A stretch of 64,000 bases of DNA from an uncultured Thermoleophilia bacterium (GCA_963785875.1 CAWAWV010000006.1:53590-117589); one strand, 5' to 3'. Counted from the stretch's first letter, positions 39,463-52,454 are shown. Notes: generated by a model not told the origin, from the letters alone. Translations and numbers: made by a program.

Positions 39463-41073
39463 ATGGCGGCTGACTACGTGATCGTCGGCGCAGGATCGGC
39501 AGGCTGCGTGCTCGCCGCGCGGCTGAGCGAGGACCCGGACGTCGACGGTGCGTCGCTGCTCGAGGCGGGCGGGCCGGACGACCGCCGCCGAGATCCACAT
39601 GCCCGGCGATGTTCCCGGCGCTGTTCAAGTCGGGTCTCGACTGGGACCTGATCGGCGAGCAGGAGCCCGGCCTCGGCGGCCGCCGGCTCTACCTGCCGCG
39701 CGGCGCGGTGATCGGCGGCTCGAGCTCGATCAACGCGATGATCTACCTCCGCGGCAACCGCGCCGACTACGACGACTGGGCGGCAGTCGGCTGCGAGGGC
39801 TGGAGCTACGACGAGGTGCTGCCCTACTTCAAGCGCGCCGAGGACAACGAGCGCGGCGAGGACGAGTTCCACGGCGTCGGCGGCCCGCTCGGCGATCTCC
39901 GACAGCCGCTCGATGCACCCGCTGATCGAGGCGATGCTCGAGGCGAGCCGTCGCAGGCCGGCTACGCGCACAACCCCGACCTCAACGGCGCCGGCCAGGA
40001 GGGCGTCGGGCGCTTCCAGCTGACGCAGCGCGACGGGCTGCGCTGCAGCGACCGCCGACGCCTACCTGCACCCGGCCGCGGGCCGCCCGAACCTCGAGGT
40101 GCGTCAGCGGCGTCGTTCGTCGAGCGGATCGTCTTCGAGGGCGCACCGCGCGGTGGGCGTCGAGATCGTCCGCGACGGCGAGCGCGAGACGGTGCGCGCC
40201 GAGCGCGAGGTGATCCTCGTCCGCCGGCTCGCTACCAGTCGCCGGTGCTGCTGATGCATCTCCGGGATCGGCCCGGCCGAGGACCTCGAGCCGCTCGGCA
40301 TCGCCGGTGCGCGAGGACCTGCCGGTCGGCCGCAACCTCCAGGACCACCTGCATGGCGCAGCTCAACTACTTCACCGACGAGCCAGTCGCTCTTCGGCGT
40401 CTTCACGCCCGAGAACTTCGCGCTGCTCGAGACGCGAGGGCCGCGGGCCGCTGACCTCGAACATCCCCGAGGCGGGCGGCTTCTTCCGCACCCGGCCCGA
40501 GCTCGCCGGCGCCCGACATCGAGTTCCACTTCTCGCCGCTCGATGTTCTACGACGAGGGGCTGACCGCGCCGCACGACCACGGCTACTGCTTCGGCCCGG
40601 TCGTGGTCAAGCCGTCGAGCCGCGGCTGGGTGACGCTGCGCACGCCGCTGCCGGACTCGAAGCCGCTGGTGCTCTGCAACTTCCTCGACCACCGAGGAGG
40701 ACCGGCGGAGCGTCGATCGCGGGCATCCGGATCGCGCTCGAGATCGCGGCGCAGCCGGCGCTGAAGGCGGTCGAGCGCGCGCCGTTCAGCGTTCCGGCGT
40801 CCGACTCGGACGAGGACATCCTGGCGTTCGTCAGGCGCGCCGGGCAGACCGTCTACCACCCGACCTCGACGTGCGCGATGGGCTCGGTCGTCGACCCGGA
40901 GCTGCGCGTCTACGGCGTCGAGGGCCTGCGGGTCGTCGACGCCTCGGTGATGCCGACGATCACGCGCGGCGAACACGAACGCCCCGACGATCATGATCGC
41001 CGAGAAGGCCGCGGACCTGATCAGCGGGCGCGGCCGAGCCGAAGCACCACCGACCCGAAGGAGAGCGTACTGA
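39463..41073 (+). pseudogene. GMC-family FAD oxidoreductase (choline/alcohol dehydrogenase-like), multiply frameshifted
   Basis: Blocks present: [118 protein letters not shown] and NTNAPTIMIAEKAADLI. They come from ORFs 39463.., 39609.., 40543.. and 40878... Confidence 0.85.
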
Positions 41074-42564
41074 TGACCGACGACGGAAGCAGGCCGTCGA
41101 GGATCAGCTCCTCGACGAGCAGGACTGGACGCGGGAAGATCTTCAGCGACGGCTGGGTCGACGCGCCCAGACGATCGAGACGATCGAGCCGGCCACGGGC
41201 GAGGTGCTGGGACGGCCGGCGTCGCCGACGCCGCCGCGGTCGCGCGGCGCCGCGAGTCGGCCGCCGCGCGCCCAGCGCGAGTGGGCGGCGACACCGATGG
41301 CGAGCGGATCGCGATCGTGCGCCGGGCCGGCCAGAGCTGCTGGAACGCCACCGCGCCGAGATCAGCGGCTGGATGGTCCGCGAGTCCGGCGGCATCGACG
41401 GCAAGGCCGACGTCGAGATCGGCGCGTCGATCGGCCAGCTGGAGCAGGCCGGCAGCCCTGACTCGCACCCGCTCGAGCAGAGCTCGCCGTCGCCGACCCC
41501 GGGACGGACGAGCGATGGCGCGGCGGGTCCCGATCGGCGTCGTCGGCGTGATCACCCCCTGGAACTTCCCGCTCGTGCTCGCGATGCGCTCGGTCGGCCC
41601 GGCGCTCGCGCTCGGGAACGCGGTCGTGCTGAAGGCGAGACCTGAACACGCCGCGTCAGCGGCGGCGTCGTGATCGCGCGCATCTTCGAGGAGGCCGGGC
41701 TGCCGGCGGGCGTCCTGCACGTGCTGCCCGGGCGGCGCCGAGGTCGGCGCAGGCGCTCGTCGAGGACCCGAACGTCCGGATGATCTCGTTCACCGGGTCG
41801 ACGGCGACGGGCCGCATGGTCGGCGAGACCGCCGGCCGCAAGCTGAAGCGAATGGTGCTCGAGCTCGGCGGCAACTGCCCGCTCGTCGTGCTCGAGGACG
41901 CCGACATCGAGGCGGCCTCGTCGGCCGGCGCCTGGGGCTCGTTCCTGCACCAGGGCCAGATCTGCCTCGCCGTCGAGCCGCCACCTCGTCCACGAGAGCA
42001 TCGTCGAGGAATACCTCGCGGCGCTGGCCGAGCGGGCTCAGCGCCTCCGGTCGGCAACCCGGCGACCGAGGCAGGTCGCGCTGGGGCCGATGATCAACGA
42101 GAAGCAGGTCGAGCGGGTGAAGCGGATCGTCGACGAGACGGTCGCGGCCGGCGCCACGGTCGTCGCCGGCGGAACGCCACGACGGCCTGTTCTACCCGCC
42201 GACCGTGCTGCGCGGCGTGCCCCGGGATGCGCGGCGTTCACGAGGAGATCTTCGGCCCGGTGGCGCCGGTCACGACCTTCACCGACGACGACGAGGCGGT
42301 CGAGCTCGCGAACGCGACCGAGTACGGGCTCGCCGCGGCGGTGCAGTCGGGCCAGCCCGAGCGCGCGGCGGCGGTCGCCGAGCAGCTCGACGCCGGCATG
42401 GTCCACGTCAACGACCAGACGGTCAACGAGGAGCCGCCCGCGCCGTTCGGCGGCTTCAGGTGCTCGTAGCAACGGCGGCCATTTCGGCGGCGTCGCCAAC
42501 TCGAGCTCTGGACCGAGTGGCAGTGGATGACGACCAGGGAGAAGGCGGAGCCGTTCCCGTTCTA
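41073..42564 (+). pseudogene. NAD(P)-dependent aldehyde dehydrogenase (paralog 1), multiply frameshifted
   Basis: ATG 41073 shares one nt with the GMC stop (TGATG). GAAGGAGAG lies upstream. Blocks present: [99 protein letters not shown] and the tail WQWMTTREKAEPFPF. Confidence 0.85.
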
Positions 42565-42570
42565 GGCCGC

Positions 42571-42971
42571 TCACGGGTCGGGGACGTTCAGCTCGACCCG
42601 GAGGCCGTTCGGGTCGGTGACGTAGAGCTGGCGGAAGAGGCCCGGCACCTCGTTCGCGACGGCGGCGACGCCGGCCGCCTCGAGCCGCGCGGCGAGCTCC
42701 TCGTAGCCCTCGCGCCGGAACGCGACGTGGTCGACGGGGCCGCCGGCCGGGCCAGGCCGAGCGCTCGCGGCACGCCTGCGTAGTCGGCGCGGTCGGCGAC
42801 GTGCACGCACGGCTCGCCGCCGAGCGTCAGCCAGAAGCCGCGGGAACGGGAGCGGCGGCCGCTCGTCCGCTCCTCGAAGCCGAGCGCGTCGCAGTAGAAG
42901 GCGCGCGTCGCCTCGAGGTCGTCCGTGAGCACGAGCACGTGGTGGAGCCGCTCGGGCGCCTCAGCCGCCAC
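42571..42971 (-). pseudogene. VOC-family (glyoxalase-fold) protein, one frame break
   Basis: ORF 42588..42971 gives RLHHVLVLTDDLEATRAFYCDALGFEE. ORF 42571..42810 gives VDHVAFRREGYEELAARLEAAGVAAVANEVPGLFRQLYVTDPNGLRVELNV. Confidence 0.7.
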
Positions 42972-44074
42972 CTTCAGCCGCGCCAGCCCGTAGGCCTCGA
43001 GCGCGGCCAGCAGCTCGCGGTGCCCGAACGCCGAGCACGGCGAGGCGAAGCCGACCGCGCTGCGGCGGCTGGAAGACGAGGTGGTGCGCGGCGAACGCCT
43101 GGATCAGGCCCGTCTGCAGGTAGGCGCCCTGGCCGTGCGACGACGACCTGCACCGAGTCGAGGCTGCCGCGCGCCGAGACGACGTCGATCGTGCGCTGGC
43201 GGCGGCGGTTCTCGCGCGGCGGCGTGCCCGCCTGCACCGAGTCGGCGATCTCCGCGAGCACTTGCTGCTGCTCCTCGGCGGCAGCGGCCGGATCTTCTCC
43301 TGGTAGTCGCGCTGCCCGGCGACGACGTTCTCCATCAGCGAGCGGTCGAGCAGGCCGCCGAAGGCGTAGACGTTCGCGATCCGCGGGTCGTCCTTGAACC
43401 AGACCGGGTGCGGGAAGCCGCCCCACGGCAGCGCGAGCCGCGTCCGGAACTCGCCCGGGATCAGCGCCTCGATCGTCGTCACCGGCGGCCACTCGACGTA
43501 CTCGTTCTCCTCGAGGTAGATCGACTCCCACTGCAGCTGGCCGAAGATCGTCTGCGTCGAGCCGTAGGTCGGCATGCCCATGAACATCGAGAGCACCTCG
43601 ACCGTGTCGATGCCGGGCGCGTGCTCCTGCGCGACGCGGATCGCGGCCTCGGCCGTCGCGGACATGTACGCCGTCGCCGGCGCGACAGCAGCCCCGCCTC
43701 CGCGAACTGCTCGTGCCAGCGTCTCGCGGACGCGCCTCACCCACGGCGTCTCGCCGCCCGTGTCGACGTAGTGGCAGCCGGCGGCGAGGCACGCCTCGAT
43801 CACCGTGTCGCCGTAGTAGATGCACGGGCCGACGTTGTTGCAGACGACCTTCGCGCCCGGAACAGCTCGGTCAGCTCGTCGACGTCGTGGCCGACCTGGA
43901 CGACCTCGTAGTCGGCGGTCGAGATGCCCGGGCACGTGGTCGAGCACGTCCTGGATGCGCGCGCGCGTCGCGGCCGGCGGCGACGAACGGGACGTTGTAC
44001 TCGCGCAGGAACTCGACCGTCAGGCGGCCGGAGAAGCCGCTCGCGCCGTAGACGACGACGGGCCTGTCAGACAT
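42961..44074 (-). pseudogene. Saccharopine-dehydrogenase-like NAD(P)-binding protein, frameshifted
   Basis: Starts at ATG 44074 and reads MSDRPVVVYGASGFSGRLTVEFLREYNVPFVAAGRD. ORF 42961..43947 gives KVVCNNVGPCIYYGDTVIEACLAAGCHYVDTGGE and ALPWGGFPHPVWFKDDPRIANVYAFGG. Confidence 0.7.
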
Positions 44075-46056
44075 GCGGGTCTGTCCTTTCTGCGTCGCGG
44101 GCGCCGGTAGCGACGAACGGCTCGATCGCAGCCGGGTCGACGAGCGCGTCGCGGCTGACGACGTCCGCGACGGCGGCGCCGGTGAGGATCCGCTTGACCG
44201 GCAGCTCGAGCTTCTTGCCGGTGAGCGTGCGCGGGATCGCCGGCACGGCGAGGATCGTCGTCGGGCGCGTGCCGCGGCGAGAGGCGCGGCGCGGAGCGCG
44301 TCCGCGATGCGCGCGCGCAGCGTCGTCGTCGAGCTCGACGCCGTCGCGCGAGCACGACGAACAGGATCAGCTCGTCGGTCGCCTCGAGGTGCGACGACGA
44401 GGCTGTCGAGCGACCTCGTCGCAGCTCCTCGACGACGCCGTAGAACTCGCTCGGTGCCGAGCCGGACGCCGCCGCGGTTCAGCGTCGCGTCGGAGCGGCC
44501 GGTGATCACGCAGCTGCCGCGCTCGGTGAACATGATCCAGTCGCCGTGCCGCCAGACGCCCGGGTACTGGTCGAAGTAGGCGGCGCGGTAGCGCGTCGCC
44601 GTCCGGGTCGTTCCAGAAGCCGACCGGCATCGACGGCATCGGCTGCCGGATCACGAGCTCGCCGAGCTCGCCGACGACCGGCTCGCCGTCGAGGTCGAAG
44701 GCGGCCGCGTCGACGCCGAGGCAGCGGCGCGGCGATCTCGCCCGCGTACACCGGGCAGCAGCGGGTAGCCCTGGACGAGCCGGTGCAGACGTCGGTGCCG
44801 CCGCTGCCGACGTTGAGGAAGACGTCGGGGCCGAGCTGCTCGTAGAGCCAGTCGAAGCCCTCGAGCGGCAGCGGCGAGCCCGGCCGCGCCGATCGTGCGC
44901 AGCGACGAGAGGTCGAAGCTGCGCGCCCGGGCTCGAGCCCGTCCTTGCGGCAGGCCATCATGAACGCCGGGCTCGAGCCCGAGCATCGTCGGCGCGCGTC
45001 TCCTCGGCCAGCCGCCACTGGTACGACGAGGTCGGGGTAGGCCGGGTTGCCGTCGATCATCACGATCGAGGCGCGGCGCGAGCAGCGTCGAGACGAGCGC
45101 GTTCCACATCATCCACGCGGTCGTCGTGAACCACAGCAGCCGGTCGCCGCGCCGGAGGTCCCAGCAGAGCGCCGTGGTTCTTAGGTGCTCGAGCGAGGAT
45201 GCCGCCGTGGCCGTGGACGATCGCCTTCGGCAGGCCGGTCGTGCCCGAGGAGAAGAGCACGTACAGCGGGTGCGCGAACGGCACGGGGTCGAACTCGAGC
45301 GGCCCCGGCTCGGCGAGGAGCTCGTCCCAGCCGATCGCGTCCGGGAGCGCGTCGTCGGCGCCGCCGGCGTAGCGGCACGTGGACGACGCGCTCGAGCGTC
45401 GGCAGCCGCTCGCGGACCGCGGCCACCTGCTCGCGGCGGTCGATCGGCCTTGTCGCCGAAGCGGTAGCCGGCGACCGCGAGCAGCACCTTCGGCTCGAGC
45501 TGGCCCGAGCCGGTCGAGGACGCTGCGCGGCGCCGAACTCCGGCGGCGCAGGTCGCCCAGATCGCGCCGAGGCTCGCGGTCGGCGAGGAACGCGACGAGC
45601 GTCTCGGGGATGTTCGGCAGGTACGCGACGACGCGGTCGCCCCGGCCGACGCCGAGCCGCTGCAGGCCCGCGCGCGCCGCGCGCGACCTGCTCGCGCAGC
45701 TCGCCGAAGGTCAGCTCGAACGGCCCGCGCGTCTGCGAGCGGGCGACGACGGCGCTGCGCCCGGTGTCCTCGTCGCGCCGAGCATGTGCTCGGCGTAGTT
45801 GAGCCGCGCGCCCGGGAACCACTCGGCGCCCGGCATCTCGCCGCCGCCCGAGCACGCGCTCGTACGGCGTCGTGCGCCCGGACGCCGAAGAAGTCCCAGA
45901 GCGAGCCCCAGAAGCCCTCGAGGTCGGCGACCGACCACTGCCAGAGCGCGTCGTAGCGGCAGGTGAGGCCGCGGTCGAGCGCAGGAACGTGAGGTACCGC
46001 GCGAGCTCCGAGTGCTCGCGCGCGTCCTCAGTCGGCGTCCAGAGGACGTCTGCCCT
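44068..46056 (-). pseudogene. Acetoacetyl-CoA synthetase-like acyl-CoA ligase (ANL superfamily, beta-keto-acid type), multiply frameshifted
   Basis: Blocks present: YDALWQWSVADLEGFWGSLWDFF, EMPGAEWFPGARLNYAEHML, PFAHPLYVLFSSGTTGLPKAIVHGHGGIL (AMP motif), LLWFTTTAWMMWNALVS, GFDWLYEQLGPDVFLNVGSGGTDVC, WRHGDWIMFTERGSCVITGRSDATLNRGGVRLGT and LTGKKLELPVKRIL. Confidence 0.8.
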
Positions 46057-46059
46057 GGT

Positions 46060-47082
46060 TCACGGCACGAGGACGGCGCGTCCGGTGATCTCGCCCTCGC
46101 GCAGCCGGTCGAGCACCTCGTTCACCTCGTCGAGCGGATGCGTCTCGGTCCGCAGCTCACGACGCCGCGCCGTGCAGCTGCAGCAGCTCCCAGAGGTCGA
46201 TCCAGCTGCCGACGAGGTTGCCCGCGACGGTCGCCTCGCCGACCACGAGGCCGCCGAGGGAACGGAGACCAGGCCGCCGTAGCCGACCAGCGAGTAGAGG
46301 CCGCGCCGCGCGCGAGCATCGCGCAGGACGCTGCGTGTGTGGCGTCCGTCGCGACGAAGTCGAGCACGACGTCCGCGCCGGCGCCGCCGGTCAGCTCGCG
46401 CACCGCCGCGGCGACGTCGCCTCGCTCGCCGAGCACCTCGTCGGCGCCGAGCTCGCGCGCCAGCCGGCGGCGGCGCTCGTCGGTGTCGATCGCGACCACC
46501 GCGCCCGCGCCGAGCGCGCGCACGAGCTGGAGCGCGATGTGCCCGACGCCGCCGACCCCGATGCACGACCGCCGTCGTCCCGGGCTCGAGCCGCGGGAGC
46601 GAGCCGCTTGACGGCGTGGTAGGCGGTCAGGCCGGCGTCGGCGTGCGGCGCGACCGCGGCCGGCTCGACGCCGTCGGGCAGCGGCAGCAGCGAGCGCTCG
46701 TCGACGAGCACGTACTCCGCGAAGCCGCCGTCGCGGGTCAGGCCGGTGAACTGGTGCCGCTCGCAGTGCATGTCGAGCCCGCGCCGGCACGGGACGCAGA
46801 GGCCGCAGCTGTACGGCGGGTAGACGAGCACCGCGTCGCCCACGGCCGCCGCCGTGACGCCGTCGCCGACGGCGTGCACCCAGCCCGCGTTCTCGTGTCC
46901 GAGCACGACGGGGAGCGTCAGGCCGGCCGGCTCCATCAGGCCCTCATCGCGTGCAGGTCGGTCGCGCAGACGCCGGCGCCGCCGACCCGGACGACGACGT
47001 CGCGGGGACGGACGGGCTCGGGCTCGGGCCGCTCGACCAGCTCGAGCGGCCGGTGGTACGCGGCGAGGAGCGCCGCCTTCAT
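46060..47082 (-). pseudogene. Zinc-type medium-chain alcohol dehydrogenase, frameshifted
   Basis: Starts at ATG 47082 and reads MKAALLAAYHRPLELVERPEPEP..VVVRVGGAGVCATDLH. Further blocks: LPVVLGHENAGWVHAVGDGV, CGLCVPCRRGLDMHCE, and the tail HPLDEVNEVLDRLREGEITGRAVLVP. Confidence 0.8.
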
Positions 47083-48527
47083 GCGCGCTCGCGCGGCGCC
47101 GAGGTAGCCGGCCGCGTCGGCGTCGAGGTGCTCGGCGAGCCGGTCGCGAGCGCCATGATCGTGAGCGAGGGGTTGACCGAGAGCGTGCGCGGGACGAGCG
47201 AGCCGTCGCCGACGAACAGGCCGCTGCACCTCGTGCGACTCGCCGTTGCGGTCGACGGCCGAGCGGGCCGGGTCGTCGCCCATCCGGCAGCTGCCCTGGA
47301 CGTGCGTCGACGCGATCCCCGTCCAGGCGACCTGCTTCGCGCCCGCGCGCTCCAGCACGCGTGCGGCTGAAGTCGAGCGCCGCGTCGAGCCGCTCGTGCT
47401 CGACCGGCTCGGAAGTCGACGTGGAAGCCCTCGTTGCCGTCCTCGTCGAGCGACGACCGACGCGTTGTTCTCGTCGCTGACCATCGCGAGCACGCCGTTC
47501 CAGTAGCGGAAGCCGCGCACCGCGTCGACGAGGCGCTGCCCCCAGAACGGGCCGCTCTCGTCGCGCAGGGTGGTCGCGAACGCGATCGGGTCCTGGATCG
47601 TGGTCGCCTCGATCACGAAGCCGCCGTCCTCGTCGTGCTGGTGCGTCATCGAGTGGGCCGTGATCGGGTAGACCATGTGCGCGTCCTGCGGCTCGTCGAA
47701 GAGGCCGTAGACGAGCCGCACCGGATGGAGGCCGAGGTGGCGTGCCGATGGCCGGGTTGCGCAGACCGGAGCGCAGCAGCAGCTGCGGCGTGTTCAGCGC
47801 GCCGCCGGCGACGACGACGACGCCCGCGCGCGACGACGTGGCGCTCGCCCGCCTCGTCGACGTACTCGACGCCGGTCGCCCGGCCGTCCTCGACCAGCAC
47901 GCGCTCGACCGCTGCGTTCGCCCGCAGCTCGAGCAGCGCCTCGCGCCAGCGCGTCGGGATGTACGTGTTCATCGTCGACTTGCCGGCGTTCGTCGGGCAG
48001 CCCTGCAGGCAGGAGCCGCACTTCATGGCAGTTCGGATCCGTGTACGCGGTACCGCCTCGAGCGGGGCGCCGAGCTCGCGGAACGCGGCCTCGACCGTGT
48101 GCACGCTCTTCGGCCAGTCGGTGCGCTCGCGAACGCCGAGCACCTGCTCGACGCGGTCGTAGTACGGGGCCAGGTCGGCCGCAGCGAACGGCTCGCCGCG
48201 CTCGTTCGTGAGCCCGGTCGCCGCGTGCCACTTGGCGAGGTCGTGCCCGTCCGCGCGCAGCGCGACCTTCGTGTTGATCGTGGTCGTGCCGCCGACGCAG
48301 CGGCCGCCGAGGAGCGCGACGGCGTCGCCGTCCGGCAGCGGCGCGAAGCGCAGCGGCCACCAGATGTCGTGGTTCGCCTTCGCCTCCCAGCGCGTGAAGT
48401 CGGCGGCCGTGCGGTGCGGGCCGCACTCCAGCAGCAGCACGTCGCGTCCGCGCTGGCCGAGCTCGCCGGCGACAACGCCTCCGCCCGCGCCCGACCCGAC
48501 CACGACGACGTCGAAATCGCTCTTCAT
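47079..48527 (-). pseudogene. GMC-type FAD-dependent dehydrogenase large subunit (gluconate-2-dehydrogenase alpha-like), frameshifted
   Basis: ATG 48527 overlaps the small-subunit stop (ATGA). Blocks present: MKSDFDVVVVGSGAGGGVVAGELGQRGRDVLLLECGPH, LLGGRCVGGTTTINTKVALRA, MKCGSCLQGCPTNAGKS, and the C-terminal THVQGSCRMGDDPARSAVD. Confidence 0.8.
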
Positions 48528-48899
48528 GCGATCCCGAGGAACGACCAGTCCTTGCGGAGCACGGGTCGCGAGCGGCGAGTTGAAGTCGATCTCGGCGAAC
48601 GCGCCGCGGCGCGTCCCGGCCGGGCGCGACGAAGTCGCTGTAGTACGCCTCGATCGCGAGCGCCCGGACGAGCGCGAACTCGGGCGTCCGCTCGTGCTCG
48701 GCGAGCGCCGCGGCGCCCGCAGCGGCCGCCGCGGCGAGCGTCGTCGATCGCGCCGAGCGCGAACTCCCGCGACTCCGGCGGCATGCGCCGCAGCGCAGCG
48801 TCGACGTAGACGACGGGCCGAGCGCTGCCCGAGCCGGGGACGATCAGCCTCGCAGAGCGCCTCGAGCGACGCGGCGCGCGCGTCGTCGAGGGTCTTCAC
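48524..48899 (-). pseudogene. Small subunit for the GMC dehydrogenase (gluconate-2-dehydrogenase subunit-3-like), frameshifted
   Basis: GTG 48899 overlaps the livF-type stop (GTGA). The product reads MKTLDDARAASLEALCEA.VPGSGSARPVVYVDAAL. Further blocks: FALVRALAIEAYYSDF, and the tail KDWSFLGIA in ORF 48524..48784. Confidence 0.55.
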
Positions 48900-49666
48900 T
48901 CGCTCTCCTCGACGAGCGCCTCGACCCGCTCGTCGTGCTCGCGGAGCAGGTACGCGGAGTGGAGCCGCTCCGGGTGCTCCTTCAGCTCCTGCGCGGTGCC
49001 GTGGTAGCGGATCCGGCCGCCCTCGAGCACGTACGCGGTCTCGGCGACGGCGAGCGCGACGTGCGCGAACTGCTCGATCAGGAGGATGCCGACGCCCGCT
49101 CGCGCGACCGCGCTGCAGCGTCGGGCATCAGGCGCTTGACGACCACGGGCGCGAGGCCGAGCGAGAGCTCGTCGACGAGGATGAAGCGCGGCTGCGAGAC
49201 GAGCGCCTGGGCGAGCACGACCATCTGCTGCTCGCCGCCCGAGAGCGAGCGCGCGCGGCGCCTTCCAGCGCTTCTCGAGCTCCGGGAAGAGCTCGAGCGC
49301 GTACGCGATGCCCTCGCTTCGCCTCGTCGCGCCCGAGCGCGTAGGTCGCGACGCGCAGGTTGTCCTCGACCGTGAGCTCGGGCAGCAGGCGGCGGCCCTC
49401 CGGGACGATCGCGACGCCGGCGCCGCGGACCTGCTCGGGCCGCCGCCGCGTGAGGTCCGGTCGCCGAGCAGCACCCGGCCGCCGCTCGGGCGCAGCACGC
49501 CGCCGACGGCGAGCACGAGCGACGACTTGCCGGCGCCGTTCGGGCCGAGCAGCGTCGTGACCGCGCCGGGGGGATGTCGAGCGAGACGTCGTGCAGACGA
49601 CCGGGCGTCCGCCGCGAGACGACGTCGAGCGCCTCGATCCGCAGCGACGTGCCGCCGCTCGCTCAC
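48896..49666 (-). pseudogene. LivF-type ABC ATP-binding protein (second importer), frameshifted
   Basis: Blocks present: [92 protein letters not shown], and the tail [38 protein letters not shown]. Confidence 0.8.
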
Positions 49667-50382
49667 AGCGTCGCTCCTCGGTGCCGAGGTAGGCCCGCAT
49701 CACGTGCTCGTCGCGGAGGACCTCGGCCGTCGGGCCGAGGCGATCAGCTTGCCGAAGTCGAGCACCGCGGTCGTCGTGCAGCAGCCGAGACGAGGCTCAT
49801 GTCGTGGTCGACGAGGATCACGAGCGCGCCGAAGTGCTCCGGGATCTTCTGGATCACCTGGGTGAGGTGCTCCGGTCTCCTCGTCGGGCAGCCCGGCGGC
49901 CGGCTCGTCGAGCAGCACGACCCGCGGCTTGCCGACGACCGCGCGCGCGACCTCGACGAGGCGCCGGTCGCGCGCGCCGAGGCCGCCGACCTTCGTCTTC
50001 GGCGACACGTCGAGGCCGACGAACTCGATCGCGGCCGAGCACGTCGGCGCGCCGCGACGGCGCGCTTGGCGCCCGAGTGCTCGTGGATCATCGCGACGTT
50101 GTCGAAGACCGAGAGCTGCTCGATCGCCATCTCGGTCTGGAACGTGCGCCGCAGGCCCCAGCGCGCCCGCCGGTAGTCGGCCATCTTCAGCAGGTCCTCG
50201 CCGAAGGCGGTGATCGAGCCCGCCGCCGGCTTGACGAAGCCGCTGAGGACGTTGAAGAACGTCGTCTTGCCCGCGCCGTTCGGGCCGATCAGGCCGCAGG
50301 TGCCGCCGGGGAAGACGACGCTCATGTCGTCGATCGGCGTGACGCCGGCGAAGCGCACGGTGAGGCCCTTGACCTCGATCAC
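49663..50382 (-). pseudogene. LivG-type ABC ATP-binding protein (second importer), frameshifted
   Basis: GTG 50382 overlaps the permease stop. Blocks present: IEVKGLTVRFAGVTPIDDMSVVFPGGTCGLIGPNGAGKTTFFNVLSGF, RRTFQTEMAIEQLSVFDNV, VVLLDEPAAGLPDEE, ALVILVDHDMSLV, and the tail VMRAYLGTEE. Confidence 0.8.
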
Positions 50383-51466
50383 GCGGCGGCCTCCGCCGCG
50401 GGAGGCGAGCGCCCGGACGCCGCGGGCGAGCAGCCGGCCGAGGTTCGCCATGTCCTTCGGGAACTGCTCGACGAGCCCGCCGGGCGCGGTCAGCAGCACC
50501 TGCAGCAGGCCGACGCCGAAGATGATCAGCAGGAAGTTCGGGTTCACGCCCCACTGCGCCTGGAAGAGGAACGGCAGCAGCTGGTTGAAGATGCCGGCGA
50601 CGATCGCGCCCCAGAGGCTGAAGATGCCGCCGATCAGCGCCGTCGCGGCAGCGTGAGCGAGTCCTGGGTCTGGAAGGTGATCGCGCGCGGCACGCCGACC
50701 TGCGCGGCGAGCAGGCAGCCCGCGACGCCGGTCATGAACGAGGCGAGCGCGAACGCCCACAGCTTGTAGAGCGTGATGTTCACGCCCGCCGCGAGCGCCG
50801 CCGGCTCGCTCTCGCGGATCGACGCCCACGCGCGCCCGGGCTTGCGTCGCGACGTGGGCGAGCGCGAGCAGGAACATGAGCGCGCAGACGACGACGATGT
50901 AGCGGTAGTACGCGGTGTCGCCGACTGGCCATCGACGGGCGCCGCACGGGCGGCGTGCGCGTCGTCAGGGCGCCGGTGGCCGACGCGGCCCGGTGAAGCC
51001 GCCGCCGCCGTTCGGGAAGTCGGTCACCGAGAGCACGACGGTCGTCGCGCCCGCGAACATCAGCGTGATCAGGGCGAGGTAGAGCCCCGAGAGGCGCAGC
51101 GCCGGCAGGCCGACGAGCACGCCGATCGCGCACGTGATCGCGCCCGTGGCGAGCAGCAGGAGCGGGAACGGCAGCGAGGTCGCGTAGGCGAGGCGGGCGC
51201 CGACCCAGCAGCCGACCGTGAGCAGCGCGACCTGGCCGAGCGAGATCATCCCGACGCGGCCGTAGAGGATGCCGAAGCCGGGCGCGACGACCGAGTAGAT
51301 CGCGACGCTCGTGAAGGTCGTGATCCAGTCGGCGCCCGACGAGCGTGCGGCAGGGCGAAGAGCGCGAACAGGAAGAAGGCCGCGATCAGCGTGGCCCGGA
51401 CGCCGGTCCCGCTGGATCGCGCGGGAGATCGCGCCGCGGCGGCTCGCTGCGGTGCGCGGAGCTCAC
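50379..51466 (-). pseudogene. LivM-type ABC permease (second importer), frameshifted
   Basis: GTG 51466 overlaps the livH-type stop. Blocks present: ITTFTSVAIYSVVAPGFGILYGRVGMISLGQVALLTVGCWVGARL (ORF 50965..51249) and ALIGGIFSLWGAIVAGIFNQLLPFLFQ..LLIIFGVGLLQVLLTAPGGLVEQF (ORF 49744..50877). Confidence 0.75.
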
Positions 51467-52408
51467 GGCGTCAGTTGGCCGTCCGCGAGACCGAGACGAC
51501 GCGGCGGCGCGAGAGGATAGAGCAGCGCGACGATCGCGAGCACGAACGGCGCCGCCGACCGGTAGGTCGAGACGTCGCGTAGGGCGTGAGGACCGACTGC
51601 GCGAGCCCGACGGCGAGGCCGCCGAAGAGCGTCGCCCAGAGCGAGCGCAGCCGGCCGATCAGCGCCGCCGCGAGCGACGAGATGACGAGGAACGTGAGCG
51701 CCGAGTAGTCGAGCGACGTGAGCAGGTCGGGCAGCAGGAGCCCGGCGGCGCCGCAGGCGAGCCCCGAGCCGAACCAGGCCGCCGCCTCGACCTGCGCACG
51801 GGCACGCCGAGCGTCGCGGTGATCTCGCGGTCGTTCGCGAGCGCCCGCATCGCGGTGCCGAGCTTCGTGACGCGCAGGAAGATCGCTGACCGCCGGCGGT
51901 GAGCGCGAGCGCGAGCGCGAGCGAGATGATCTGCGTCAGGTTCACGTTCGTGCCGAGCGATCGTGTAGCGGTGCTGTCGAGGTGGGGAGCGGCAGGAAGC
52001 GCGCGAACGCGCCGCCGGCCGGCGCCCGCCAGCGCCATGACGCCCGAGCAGGATCAGCGCGAGGCCCGAGCGTCCCCATCATCTTCACGAGCGGGTCGCG
52101 CCGCGCGAAGGCGGGGCCGAAGACCATGCCGTAGGCGAGGTTGCACGACCCCGCCGAACAGCGACGCAGATCGTGTAGGCGAGCCAGTGCGGCCAGCTCG
52201 TGTGGTTGACGAGGTAGTAGGCGATCAGGGCGCCCGCGGCGCCGATGGCGCCGAACGCGAGGTTCAGCACCCCGGTGGCCTGGTAGAGCACGACCAGCCC
52301 GACGCCGGAGAGCGCGTACACGCCCCCGAACGCGAGGCCGATCACGATGAACGGCTTGAGGAACTCCCAGTCGACGCCGAACACGCTGAACGCGAGCAGG
52401 TCAGTCAT
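51463..52408 (-). pseudogene. LivH-type ABC permease (second importer), frameshifted
   Basis: ORF 52085..52408 gives MTDLLAFSVFGVDWEFLKPFIVIGLAFGGVYALSGVGLVVLYQATGVLNLAFGAIGAAGALIAYY. The C-terminal half lies in ORF 51463..52038 and neighbouring frames. Confidence 0.8.
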
Positions 52409-52454
52409 CGAGGCCTCCGGGCACCCTGATCGTCATCGCTCGATGATCTCGCTT